In this document: one piece after another, positions 20,436-30,098 of the stretch
How the letters are laid out: every line of letters starts with the position of its first letter
Position numbering within the stretch: the first letter of the stretch is position 1
DNA from: an uncultured Chloroflexia bacterium
GTDB taxonomy: Bacteria > Chloroflexota > Limnocylindria > Limnocylindrales > CSP1-4
DNA length: 64,000 nucleotides
Assembly (NCBI GenBank): GCA_963774695.1
Contig: CAVZFY010000028.1
Location: forward strand, 4,602-68,601
Direction: 5' to 3'
The notes under the pieces: model-generated
What the model was told of the DNA's origin: nothing
Database searches by the model: none
Seen by the model: only the letters and a program-made list of their open reading frames with translations
Made by a program: the position numbers and the translations under genes

Positions 20436-22151
20436 TCAGATCCGGCGCCACCGGCGTCCCTCGCGCGAGAGCAGGTCGTCGGCCGCCTCGGGCCCCCAGG
20501 TGCCGGCGTCGTAGTTCGGGAACTCGGGGGCGGGCGACGAGGCCCACGTGTCGAGGATCGGGTCGACGATCGACCACGCCTCCTCGACCTCGTCGGCGCG
20601 GGTGAACAGCGACGCGTCGCCGAGGAGCGCGTCGAGGATCAGCGTCTCGTACGCGTCGGGGCTGTCGGTCTGGAAGGCCGAGCCGTAGGTGAAGTCCATC
20701 GTCACGTTGCGGACGTCGATGCCGAGGCCCGGCACCTTGGCGCCGAAGCGCAGCAGGATCCCCTCGTCGGGCTGGATGCGCATCGCGAGCAGGTTCGCCT
20801 CGGGGTCCGTCGCGCTGTCCTTGAACAGCCGGTGGGGGACCTCCTTGAACTGGATCGCGATCTCCGTCGAGCGCTTCGGCAGGCGCTTGCCCATCCGCAG
20901 GTAGAACGGGACGTCCGACCAGCGCCAGTCGTCGATCGTGAGCCGCGCCGCGATGAACGTCTCGGTCTCGGACTGCGGGTCGACCTCCGCCTCGCTGCGG
21001 TAGCCCATGACGGGCTTCGCGTTGACCCAGCCCGGGCCGTACTGGCCGCGGACGACGTCGCGCTGGACCTGGTCGCGGGTCAGCTCCGGGATCGCGCGCA
21101 GCACCTTGACCTTCTCGTCGCGCAGCGCGTCCGCGTCGAACGTCGCCGGCGGCTCCATCGCGACGAGGCTGAGGAGCTGGAGCAGGTGGTTCTGGAGGAA
21201 GTCGCGCGAGGCGCCGGTCTCCTCGTAGAACGCGCCGCGGCTCTCGATCCCGATCGACTCGGCGACCGTGATCTGGACATGGTCGATGTGGCGGCGGTTC
21301 CAGATGGGCTCGAAGATCCCGTTCGCGAACCGGAAGACCAGCAGGTTCCGGACCGTCTCCTTGCCCAGGTAGTGGTCGATGCGGTAGACCTGCCGCTCGC
21401 GGAAGACCTTGCCGACCTCGCGGTTGAGCCGGACCGCCGAGTCGAGGTCGCGCCCGAACGGCTTCTCGATGACGACCCGGCGCCAGCCGCCCTCGTGGCG
21501 CTCGTGGTCGAGGCCCGCCCGCCCGAGCTGGGCGACGATCTCCGCGAACGCCGACGGCTGCGTCGCGAGGTAGAACAGCCGGTTGCCGCGGGTCCCCCGC
21601 TCCTCGTCGATCTTGTCGAGCAGCTCCGCGAGGCTGACGTAGCCGGCCGGGTCGGAGAAGTCGCAGCGGTGGTAGACGACGCGCGAGCACAGCTCGTCGC
21701 AGACGTCGAGGTCGATGGGCAGGATCCGCGAGTAGTTGGCGAGCGACTCGCGCAGGCCCTCGCGGAAGGTCTCGTCGGTGTAGTCCCGGCGACCCATCGC
21801 CACGATCATGAACTCGTGCGGCAGCAGGTGCGTCCGCCACAGGTGGTAGAGCGCGGGGATGACCTTGCGGTGGGCGAGGTCGCCGGTCGCGCCGAACAGC
21901 ACGAACGTCGCCGGGTCCGGCACGCGCTCGAGCCGCAGGCCCTCCCGCAGCGGGTTGGCCGGCTTGGTCGCGGGCGGCCGCTTCTTGCCCTCCGACGCGA
22001 GGCGCAGGTCCCGCATGGTCCGCGGGGCGTCCTTCTTCGCGGGCGCCGGGGCGGCGGGGGCGTCCGGCTTCGCCGGCGCGCCTGGCTTCGCGGCCGGGGT
22101 GCGGGGCTTCGTGGGCGTGCTCGTGGATGCGGGCGCGTCAGGGCGCGGCAT
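20436..22151 (-). CDS. zwf: Glucose-6-phosphate 1-dehydrogenase
   Basis: 'FGATGDLAHRK', 'RIDHYLGKE', 'EKPFG'. Intact, with an unusually long Pro/Ala/Lys-rich N-terminus if ATG 22151 is used. Confidence 0.9.
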   Translation of the reverse strand: MPRPDAPASTSTPTKPRTPAAKPGAPAKPDAPAAPAPAKKDAPRTMRDLRLASEGKKRPPATKPANPLREGLRLERVPDPATFVLFGATGDLAHRKVIPALYHLWRTHLLPHEFMIVAMGRRDYTDETFREGLRESLANYSRILPIDLDVCDELCSRVVYHRCDFSDPAGYVSLAELLDKIDEERGTRGNRLFYLATQPSAFAEIVAQLGRAGLDHERHEGGWRRVVIEKPFGRDLDSAVRLNREVGKVFRERQVYRIDHYLGKETVRNLLVFRFANGIFEPIWNRRHIDHVQITVAESIGIESRGAFYEETGASRDFLQNHLLQLLSLVAMEPPATFDADALRDEKVKVLRAIPELTRDQVQRDVVRGQYGPGWVNAKPVMGYRSEAEVDPQSETETFIAARLTIDDWRWSDVPFYLRMGKRLPKRSTEIAIQFKEVPHRLFKDSATDPEANLLAMRIQPDEGILLRFGAKVPGLGIDVRNVTMDFTYGSAFQTDSPDAYETLILDALLGDASLFTRADEVEEAWSIVDPILDTWASSPAPEFPNYDAGTWGPEAADDLLSREGRRWRRI

Positions 22152-22183
22152 GTGGCAGTCCCGTCTCGCCCGGGGTGCCCGGG

Positions 22184-23083
22184 CTACTCCGTCTTGACCG
22201 CGTGGCCGCCGAACTCGTTGCGGAGCGCGGCGAGGACCTTGCCCCCGTAGGAGTCGTCCTGGCGGGAGCGGAAGCGGGTCTGGAGCGAGAGCGTGATGAC
22301 GGGCGCCGGGACGTCGCGGTCGATCGCCTCCTGGACCGTCCAGCGGCCCTCGCCGGAGTCGGCGACCCAGCCCTTGAGGTGGGCGAGGTCCTGGCCCTCC
22401 GAGGCGAACGCCCGGGCGAGCAGCTCGAGCAGCCAGGAGCGGACGACCGAGCCCTGGCCCCACAGGTTGGCGATCTTGCCGAGGTCGAGCTCGTAGTCCG
22501 ACGCGTGCATGATCTCGAACCCTTCGGCGTACGCCTGCATCAGCCCGTACTCGATGCCGTTGTGGACCATCTTCACGTAGTGCCCGGCACCCGGACCGCC
22601 GACGTGCATGTAGCCGCCCTCGGGGGCGAGGGTCGTGAACACCGGCTCGAGCGGGTCCACCGCCGCGTCGTCGCCGCCGACCATCAGGCAGTAGCCGACC
22701 TGGAGGCCCCAGATCCCGCCCGACGTCCCGGCGTCCACGTAGTTGATGCCCTTCTTGGCGAGCTCCGCGTGGCGGCGGACGTCGTCGTGGAAGTTCGTGT
22801 TGCCGCCGTCGATGATCGTGTCGCCGGGCTCGAGGTGCTCGAGCAGCTCCTCGATCTGCGCCTCGGTGGCGTCGCCCGCCGGGACCATGACCCAGACGGC
22901 CCGCGGCTTCTCGAGCTTGCCGACCAGCTCGGCGATCGAGAAGGCCGCGATCGCGCCCTCGCCCTCGATCTCGCGCGTCTTCTCGGGCGTCCGGTTGTAG
23001 GCGACGATCTCGTGCCCGTCGCGGAGCAGGCGGCGAACCATGTTCGCGCCCATCCGACCGAGTCCGATGAAGCCGATGCGCAT
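22184..23083 (-). CDS. gnd: 6-phosphogluconate dehydrogenase (decarboxylating), short ~300-aa form
   Basis: 'IGFIGLGRMGANMVRRL', 'GGNTNF', 'GHYVKMVHNGIEYG'. Intact. Confidence 0.85.
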   Translation of the reverse strand: MRIGFIGLGRMGANMVRRLLRDGHEIVAYNRTPEKTREIEGEGAIAAFSIAELVGKLEKPRAVWVMVPAGDATEAQIEELLEHLEPGDTIIDGGNTNFHDDVRRHAELAKKGINYVDAGTSGGIWGLQVGYCLMVGGDDAAVDPLEPVFTTLAPEGGYMHVGGPGAGHYVKMVHNGIEYGLMQAYAEGFEIMHASDYELDLGKIANLWGQGSVVRSWLLELLARAFASEGQDLAHLKGWVADSGEGRWTVQEAIDRDVPAPVITLSLQTRFRSRQDDSYGGKVLAALRNEFGGHAVKTE

Positions 23084-23204
23084 TGGGCCGTTCTCCCGGG
23101 GCTGCGGCATGAGCAGGTGGTTTCGCGATAGAGCATAGGCCCGGCCCTTGAACACCGCGAGGGTTGGTTCGGTGCCGTCGCCGGTTCGACCGCCTCGGGC
23201 GGGG

Positions 23205-24176
23205 TCAGCGCAGGCGGCGTGCCGCGAACGCGAGCCGCTCGGCCGTGTGCTCGTGCTCGGGCGCCTCGTGGCCGCTGAACGGCCAGACGCGGATCTCCTT
23301 GGGGCCCGCGTACTCGTTGTAGGCGGCGAACACCGTCGACGGCGGCGTGATGTCGTCCTCGAGCCCGACCGAGAACATCGCCGGCACCGTCGCCCGTGCG
23401 GCGAAGCTGCGCCCGTCGAAGTAGGACAACGTGCGGAAGACCTGCTCCTCCTCGCGCCGGTGCGTGCGCAGGTAGAGCCGCAGCTCGCCGTACGGGTGCT
23501 CGTCGGTGACCTCGAGCGCGCGCCGGAAGTGGGTCAGGAACGGCACGTCGACGACGGCTCCCGCGAGGCCCTCGGCGAGCCCGGCGACCGTGAGCGCGAG
23601 CCCGCCGCCCTGGCTCGCGCCGATGACGACGATGCGGTCCGGATCGACGATCGGGAGGTCGCGCGCCGCGTCGATGGCCAGCACCGCGTCGGTCATCAGG
23701 CGGCGGTAGTAGTAGGTCGCGGGGTCGAGGATGCCGCGCGACATGACGCCCGGCGCCTGCGACCCGGTGCCGCTGTCGTCGATGTCGGAGGTGTCGCCGC
23801 CCTGCCAGGTCCCGCCCTGGCCGCGCGTATCCATGACGAGGTGCGCGTAGCCGGCCGACGCCCACAGCAGCCACTCGTAGGGCTGGCCGCGGCCGCCGCC
23901 GTAGCCGATGTACTCGACCATCGTCGGCAGGGGCCCGGTCCGACCCGCCGGCCACAGGAGCCAGGCCTTGATGGGCTGGCCGTCGAACCCGGAGAAGGTG
24001 ACGTCGGCCGCCGCGATGGTCTCGAGGCCGGTCTCGACGTCCGCGACCACCGGCGCCACGCGCTTGGCCCGGCTCGCGGCCAGGGTCGAGGTCCAGAACG
24101 CGTCGAAGTCGGCGGGCTCGTCCCGGGGCGGCCGGTACGCGCGGAGCTGGTCGAGCGGGAGGTCGAACTGCGCCAT
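23205..24176 (-). CDS. Acetyl xylan esterase / cephalosporin-C deacetylase family (AXE1) hydrolase
   Basis: 'MAQFDLPLDQLRAY', 'YIGYGGGRG' and nucleophile 'GASQGGG'. ATG 24176 lies within ORF 23205..24884. Confidence 0.8.
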   Translation of the reverse strand: MAQFDLPLDQLRAYRPPRDEPADFDAFWTSTLAASRAKRVAPVVADVETGLETIAAADVTFSGFDGQPIKAWLLWPAGRTGPLPTMVEYIGYGGGRGQPYEWLLWASAGYAHLVMDTRGQGGTWQGGDTSDIDDSGTGSQAPGVMSRGILDPATYYYRRLMTDAVLAIDAARDLPIVDPDRIVVIGASQGGGLALTVAGLAEGLAGAVVDVPFLTHFRRALEVTDEHPYGELRLYLRTHRREEEQVFRTLSYFDGRSFAARATVPAMFSVGLEDDITPPSTVFAAYNEYAGPKEIRVWPFSGHEAPEHEHTAERLAFAARRLR

Positions 24177-24208
24177 GCGCGGATCGTAGCGGCGCGCCGC
24201 GCCCTGGG

Positions 24209-24679
24209 TCAGTCGCGCTCGCGCGCGGCGGCCTCGATGGCGAGCACCTTGTCCAGCCGCCGCTGGTGACGCGGCTCGCCGGAGAACGTCGCGGCCAGGA
24301 ACGCCAGCGAGCACTCGACCGCGGGCTCGATCCCGATGACCCGCGCGCCCAGCGTCAGCACGTTCATGTCGTCGTGCTCGACGCCCTGGTGCGCGGAGTA
24401 CGTGTCGTGGCAGATCGCGGCCCGGATGCCCGGCATCTTGTTCGCGGCGACCGACGCGCCGACGCCGGACCCGCAGATCAGGATCCCGCGGTCGGCACGG
24501 TGGTCCTGCACCGCCTCGCCCAGGCGCTGGGCGAAGTCCGGGTAGTCGTCGTTCGGGTCCGAGCCGTCGCCGCCGAGGTCGGTGAGCTCGTGCTGGCCGC
24601 CCAGCGCGACGACCAGCCGCTGGATCAGCTCGTCCTTGAACGCGGCCCCGGCGTGGTCCGCGGCGAACGCGACGCGCAC
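24209..24679 (-). CDS. rpiB: Ribose-5-phosphate isomerase B
   Basis: 'VAFAADHAG', '[16 protein letters not shown]', '[13 protein letters not shown]'. GTG 24679 follows the tkt stop. Confidence 0.85.
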   Translation of the reverse strand: MRVAFAADHAGAAFKDELIQRLVVALGGQHELTDLGGDGSDPNDDYPDFAQRLGEAVQDHRADRGILICGSGVGASVAANKMPGIRAAICHDTYSAHQGVEHDDMNVLTLGARVIGIEPAVECSLAFLAATFSGEPRHQRRLDKVLAIEAAARERD

Positions 24680-24681
24680 CG

Positions 24682-26824
24682 TCAGTCGTGTCCCGGGTCG
24701 CTGCCCGGGGTGCGGTCCACGCCGGCGTCGCCGTGGGCGAGCGTCGGGTGCGACCCGTGCGGGGACGAGAGCGTGGCCTGCCGGCCACGCAGCCCGTCGC
24801 GGACCACGCGACGACCCACGTCCGCGACCCGCTCCGACGTGAAGCCGAACTCCTTGAAGATCGTGCCGGCGGGGGCGCTGGCACCGAAGTGGTCGAGCCC
24901 GATGATCGCGCCCTCGTCGCCGACCCAGCGCTCCCAGCCCAGCGAGACGCCGACCTCGACCGAGACGCGCTTGCGGACCGCCGGCGGCAGGACCTCGTCC
25001 CGGTACGCCGCGTCCTGGGCCTCGAAGCGCTCCCAGCACGGCAGGCTCACCACGCGAGTCGGGATGCCATCCGCCTCCAGGGCCTCGGCCGCCGCGAAGC
25101 ACAGCTGCAGCTCCGAGCCCGTCCCGATGAGGATCAGCTGCGGCGAGCCCGCCGGACGCCTCGCGCAGGACGTAGCCGCCGCGCCGCAGCCCCTCTCGGG
25201 CGTGCTCCGGCGAGCCCGCCAGCGTCGGCAGCTTCTGGCGGGTGAAGGCGAGGGCGACCGGGCCCGGGGCGGCGCCATCGATCGACGGCCGCTCGACCGC
25301 CAGCGCCCACGCCGCGGCCGCCTCGTTCGCGTCGCCCGGTCGCACGAACCACAGGTTCGGGATCGCGCGGAGGGCGGCGTAGTGCTCGACCGGCTGGTGC
25401 GTGGGGCCGTCCTCGCCGAGGCCGACCGAGTCGTGCGTCCACACGTAGGTCACGTGCAGGCCGGACAGGGCGGCGAGCCGCACCGACCCGCGCATGTAGT
25501 CGCTGAACGTGAGGAACGTCGCGCAGTAGGGGAGGAAGCCGCCGTGGTAGGCGATGCCGTTCGCGATCGCGCCCATCCCGTGCTCGCGCACGCCGAAGCG
25601 CAGGTTGCGGCCGGCATGGTCGGCCTCGAAGTGGTCGTGGCCGTTGGCCTTGACGTCGGTCAGGTTCGACTCGGAGAGGTCGGCCGAGCCGCCGAACAGC
25701 TCCGGCAGCACGCCGGCGAGCGCCTGGATCGTGTCCTGGCTCGCGTTGCGCGTGGCGACCTCGCTGCCGACCTCGTACGCCGGCAGGGCCTTCTCCCAGC
25801 CGTCGGGCAGCCGGCCGTCGAGCCGGCGCCGGAGCTCGGCGGCCTGGTCGGGCAGCTCCGCCGCGTAGCGGTCCAGGCGCGACTCCCACTCGGCGACCAG
25901 GTCCTTGCCCGCGTCGATCGCCCGGTGGAACACCTCGGCCGCCTCGTCGGGGACGTAGAACGTGCGATCCGGGTCCCAGCCGTAGGCCTCCTTGGCCAGC
26001 CGGACCTCGTCGGGCCCGAGCGGGGCGCCGTGCGCCTTCTGCGTGTCCTGCTTGTTCGGGCTGCCGTACCCGATGTGCGTGCGCACGGCGATGATCGACG
26101 GCCGGTCGTCCGCCTTGGCGGCATCGATGGCGGCCGAGATCCCCGCGACGTCGTTGCCGTCCTCGACGCGCTGCGTGTGCCAGCCATAGGCGTCGAAGCG
26201 GGCGAGCACGTCCTCGCTGAAGGCCCAGGCCGTCGGGCCGTCGAGCTGGATCCGGTTGTCGTCGTACAGCACGACGAGCTTGCCGAGCCGCAGGTGGCCG
26301 GCGAGCGAGCAGGCCTCGGACGCGACGCCCTCCTGCAGGTCGCCGTCGCTGGCGATGACGTAGGTCCGGTGGTCGACGATGTCGTGCCCGGGCCGGTTGA
26401 ACTCCTCGGCGAGCCGGCGCTCCGCGATGGCCATGCCGATCGCGTTGCCAAGGCCCTGGCCGAGCGGTCCGGTCGTCGCCTCGACGCCCGAGGTGAGGCC
26501 GTACTCCGGGTGGCCGGGCGTGATCGAGCCCCACTGGCGGAACGACTTGAGGTCGTCGAGGCTGACGTCGTAGCCGGTCAGGTGGAGCAGCGAGTACAGG
26601 AGCATCGACGCGTGGCCGGCCGAGAGGACGAACCGGTCGCGATTGGGCCAGCCGGGGTTCGTCGGCGAGTGGCGGAGGTGGTGGGTCCACAGCGCGTAGG
26701 CCATCGGCGCGGCGCCCATCGGCGCGCCCGGATGGCCGGAGTTCGCCTGCTGGACGCCGTCGATCGAGAGGGTGCGGATGGTGTCGACCGCGAGCTGATC
26801 GAGGCGGTCCGTGGCGAGGGTCAT
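24682..26824 (-). CDS. tkt: Transketolase (1 frameshift near 25148)
   Basis: '[11 protein letters not shown]', 'GDGDLQEG'-type 'SDGDLQEGV', '[10 protein letters not shown]'. The C-terminus continues in ORF 24682..25278. Confidence 0.9.
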
Positions 26825-26907
26825 TCGCTGTCTCCGGTGGCGCGCGAGCTGGGGTCGTGCGGCGGGGTCTGCCGCATCTCAATCGTACCCCGCGGATCTG
26901 CGCGGGT

Positions 26908-27900
26908 ATGCTCGGCGGCATGCCAGCCCTGCTCGTGACGCGGCGCGCGCGGACCCATCACCGGATGCGCAGCGCGCCCGAGCGGCCGCGGGTGGTCGTC
27001 GTCGGCGACATCGTGGTGGACGTGATCCTTGCGCCCGAGCGCGACATCGAGCTCGGCAGCGACGTCCGGGGCCGGGTGCTGCTCCGGGCGGGTGGCTCGG
27101 CGGCGACGGCGGCGAGATGGCTCGGCCGGCTCGGTGCCCGTTCGACGCTCGTCTGCGCGGTCGGTCGCGACGGCCCCGGTCGCGCGCTGGTCTCCGCGGC
27201 GACCGCCGACGGGGTGACGGTCCGCGCGATCCACGTGGCCGGCGCGAGGACCGCGCGGATCGGCGTGTTCGTCGACCCGGACGGCCAGCGCTCGTTCGTC
27301 CAGGACCGGGGGGCCGCGCTCCTCATGAAGCCCGATGACCTCAAGCCCGCATGGTTCGAGGGCGCGGACGCCGTCCACCTCCCCGCCTACTCGCTGCTCG
27401 ACGCGCCGCTCGGTCTCGCGGGCATGCAGGCGATCCGCCTCGGCCGCGCCGCCGGAGCCGTGATCACCGTGGACCTCGCGTCCAGCGCGCCGCTCCTCGC
27501 CATCGGCCGCCGGCCCGCCCTGGCGCTGATCCGGGAGGCCGCGCCCGACCTGCTGTTCGCGACGCGCGACGAGGCGAAGGCGCTTCTCGGCGCGAAGTAC
27601 GACGAGCGCCTGCTCGACCTCGCGCCGGTCGCGGTCGTCAAGCGCGGTCGGAAGGGCGCGTCGATCCACGTCCGGACCGACCACAAGCCGCTGCGCTTCG
27701 ACGTCGCCACGACGCCGATCAGGGCGACCGACACGACGGGCGCGGGCGACGCCTTCGATGCCGGCTTCCTGCTGGCCTGGCTCGGTGCCCGGCGCCGCGG
27801 CGTCGCGCCTGCGGCGGCCCTGCAGCGCGGCGCCATCGCCGGCAACCGCGCGGCCCTGCGCCAGCTCCGGCACCCCCGCCCGGAGCTCAGCCTGGGCTAG
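26908..27900 (+). CDS. PfkB-family carbohydrate kinase (candidate pseudouridine kinase)
   Basis: 'VVVVGDIVVD' and the PfkB signature 'DTTGAGDAF'. Neighbour of psuG. Confidence 0.75.
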   Translation: MLGGMPALLVTRRARTHHRMRSAPERPRVVVVGDIVVDVILAPERDIELGSDVRGRVLLRAGGSAATAARWLGRLGARSTLVCAVGRDGPGRALVSAATADGVTVRAIHVAGARTARIGVFVDPDGQRSFVQDRGAALLMKPDDLKPAWFEGADAVHLPAYSLLDAPLGLAGMQAIRLGRAAGAVITVDLASSAPLLAIGRRPALALIREAAPDLLFATRDEAKALLGAKYDERLLDLAPVAVVKRGRKGASIHVRTDHKPLRFDVATTPIRATDTTGAGDAFDAGFLLAWLGARRRGVAPAAALQRGAIAGNRAALRQLRHPRPELSLG

Positions 27901-28556
27901 GCGGTCGCGGGCCGGAGCCGGTAGACGCGACCCTGCTTGCGCTCGAGGTCCTCGAGCTCGGTCGTCGTGCGGACGTCGTACGCCGCCAGCTCGACGAGCT
28001 CGTCGGTCGGCAGGTAGCGGCGGCCGGGGTCACCCACGAGGACGTCGATGCCGGCGTCCCGCGCCCGCAGGAGCCAGGGCAGCACGCGCTCCGCGAGGCG
28101 GGCCTCGTAGTAGCAGTCGCCCGCGAGGATGACGTCGGCGTCGGGCGGGTCGTCGTCGAGCACGTCGCGACGGACGACGGTCACGCGACAGCGGTTGGCA
28201 CGCGCGTTGAGGTCGATGGCCGCCGCCGAGAACGCGTCGATGTCCGCGGCGACGGCGGACGCGGCGCCGGCCCGCATCGCGGCGATGGCGCACAGCCCGG
28301 AGCCCGAGGCGAGGTCGAACACGCGCTTGCCCGCGACCGCCTCGGGATGCTCCCGCAGGTAGCGGCCGATCGCCAGGCCGCCGCCCCACGCGAACGCCCA
28401 GTACGTCATCGGGGCGTCCGGGTCGCCGGTCTCGACCTGCGACTCGTGCCAGATCACCAGCGCCTCGTCGGCAAGCTGGAGGCGCAGCTCCTCGAGTCCC
28501 GGCACCGGCCGGAGGCGCGTGTTGCGGAGCACGAAGGCTCGGGTCGAGTTGGCCAT
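27897..28556 (-). CDS. Class I SAM-dependent methyltransferase (Methyltransf_16 / PrmA-like)
   Basis: Motif I 'VFDLASGSGLCAI' and motif post-I 'VAADID'. Intact 219 aa. Confidence 0.7.
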   Translation of the reverse strand: MANSTRAFVLRNTRLRPVPGLEELRLQLADEALVIWHESQVETGDPDAPMTYWAFAWGGGLAIGRYLREHPEAVAGKRVFDLASGSGLCAIAAMRAGAASAVAADIDAFSAAAIDLNARANRCRVTVVRRDVLDDDPPDADVILAGDCYYEARLAERVLPWLLRARDAGIDVLVGDPGRRYLPTDELVELAAYDVRTTTELEDLERKQGRVYRLRPATA

Positions 28557-28647
28557 CGGGTCACACTACGGCACGTTCGGGCATCCCGGCCGCGAGCCCG
28601 TCCCGGCGACGTCGCCCCGCGCCGCTGCCCTGACGTACCCTCGGGCC

Positions 28648-29583
28648 ATGATCAGCCCCGAGCTCCTTGCGATCGCCCCCGAGGTCGCCGACGCCCTGCG
28701 CGACGGAACGCCCGTCGTCGCCCTCGAGTCCACGCTCATCAGCCACGGGCTGCCGTACCCCCAGAACGTCGAGGTCGCGACGGCCTCGGAGGCCGCCATC
28801 CGCTCCACCGGGGCGGTCCCGGCGACCGTCGCCCTCAACCAGGGGCGGCTGCTGGTCGGGCTGTCGGGCGACGAGCTCGAGGCGCTGGCGACCGCCGAGC
28901 GAGGGACCGTCGACAAGGTCTCGCGGCGCAACCTGGCGGCGGCCATCGCGGGCGGCGCCTGGGGCGCCACGACCGTCGCGGCCACGATGATCGCGTGCCA
29001 CGCCGCGGGGATCCGGGTCTTCGCGACCGGCGGGATCGGCGGGGTCCACCGCGGCGCGCTCGACGGCCCGAACCCGAGCTTCGACATCTCGGCCGACCTC
29101 GACGAGCTCGCCCGGACCCCGGTCGCGGTCGTGTGCGCCGGCCCGAAGGCGATCCTCGACGTCCCGCGGACCCTCGAGTACCTCGAGACGCGCGGGGTGC
29201 CGGTGGTGTCGATCGGGATCGACGAGGTGCCCGGCTTCTACGCGCGCGGGTCCGGCATCAAGGCCCCGACCAGCGTCCCGGACGTCGCCGCGGCGGCCGC
29301 CGTCGTCCGCGCCCACGAGGCGCTCGGCCTGACGTCCGGCCTCGTGATCTGCGCGCCCGTGCCCGCGGATCGCGCGCTCCCCGACGACGTGACCCGCGAG
29401 GCCGTCGACCAGGCCATCCGCGAGGCCGACCACACGGGCGTCGGCGGGGCTGCGCTCACGCCGTGGCTGCTGGCACGCGTCGCGGCGATCACCGACGGCG
29501 CCTCGGTCAAGGCGAACATCGCCCTGATCGTCAACAACGCGAAGGTGGGCGGCGAGCTGGCGGGCGCGCTCGCGGGTCGCTGA
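28648..29583 (+). CDS. psuG: Pseudouridine-5'-phosphate glycosidase
   Basis: 'VVALESTLISHGLPYP', 'ATGGIGGVHRG', 'VVCAGPKAILD'. ATG 28648 lies within ORF 28519..29583. Confidence 0.9.
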   Translation: MISPELLAIAPEVADALRDGTPVVALESTLISHGLPYPQNVEVATASEAAIRSTGAVPATVALNQGRLLVGLSGDELEALATAERGTVDKVSRRNLAAAIAGGAWGATTVAATMIACHAAGIRVFATGGIGGVHRGALDGPNPSFDISADLDELARTPVAVVCAGPKAILDVPRTLEYLETRGVPVVSIGIDEVPGFYARGSGIKAPTSVPDVAAAAAVVRAHEALGLTSGLVICAPVPADRALPDDVTREAVDQAIREADHTGVGGAALTPWLLARVAAITDGASVKANIALIVNNAKVGGELAGALAGR

Positions 29584-29590
29584 GCGCAGC

Positions 29591-29623
29591 AGAAACGCCG
29601 GCCGCAGGAGACCGGGGCCGGCG
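29591..29623 (-). terminator. Intrinsic terminator-like hairpin (reads as stem + TTTCT on the minus strand; also sits just after the psuG stop)
   Basis: Perfect 8-bp stem cgccggcc/ggccggcg (29596-29603 / 29616-29623). The flanking 'agaaa' on the plus strand is 'tttct' on the minus strand. Confidence 0.5.
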
Positions 29624-29862
29624 TCGGCGACGAGCGGCGGGAAGCGGCGTCGGGAGTTGTCGGTCGTGGGACGCGCCGTGAAGCCGAACCCGCCGACCGC
29701 GGTCGCCTGGGCGATGCCCGCGAACGTGAGGAGCTGGCCGGGCTTGGTGCGGTAGGCGTCGCGACGGATCGGGCTGGAGGGCCCGGGCTTGCCGACGTAC
29801 TGGATCCGGGCGAACGGACGGATCCGGACGCTGAACGGCCTGACGGCCTGGGTGTTGAACAT
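29624..29862 (-). CDS. Hypothetical small protein (3' end unresolved: no stop in any frame before the terminator)
   Basis: ATG 29862 is preceded by 'GGAGACC'. Strong GC3 bias. 'MFNTQAVRPFSVRIRPFARIQYVGKPGPSSPIRRDAYRTKPGQLLTFAGIAQATAVGGFGFT...'. Divergent from the ABC-2 exporter. Confidence 0.35.
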
Positions 29863-30098
29863 CGTGGTGGTCTCCGGTCGAGGATCGGGCTGTCGCGCGG
29901 TTGATGACCCGAGCCTACGAACCGCCGCGCGAACCCTGCATGGACCCCGGTCGACAAGCCGATGCGGACAAAGGTCCATGCCGTCGCCGCTGGCGTCTTG
30001 TTCGATATCCGTAACGCGCGTGTAAGACGTCCATCTTCCAGAAAGCGGTCGCCACGTGGTAGCATCCGCCTCCCCGCACGAGGTCGCATCGGCTGTCC

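Noticed and set aside
24209-26824. 871-aa ORF suggesting a transketolase-RpiB fusion
   Set aside because: After the indel near 25148 the tkt frame runs on without a stop, out of frame, until it meets rpiB in the same frame. The true tkt C-terminus is in ORF 24682..25278, and rpiB has its own GTG at 24679.
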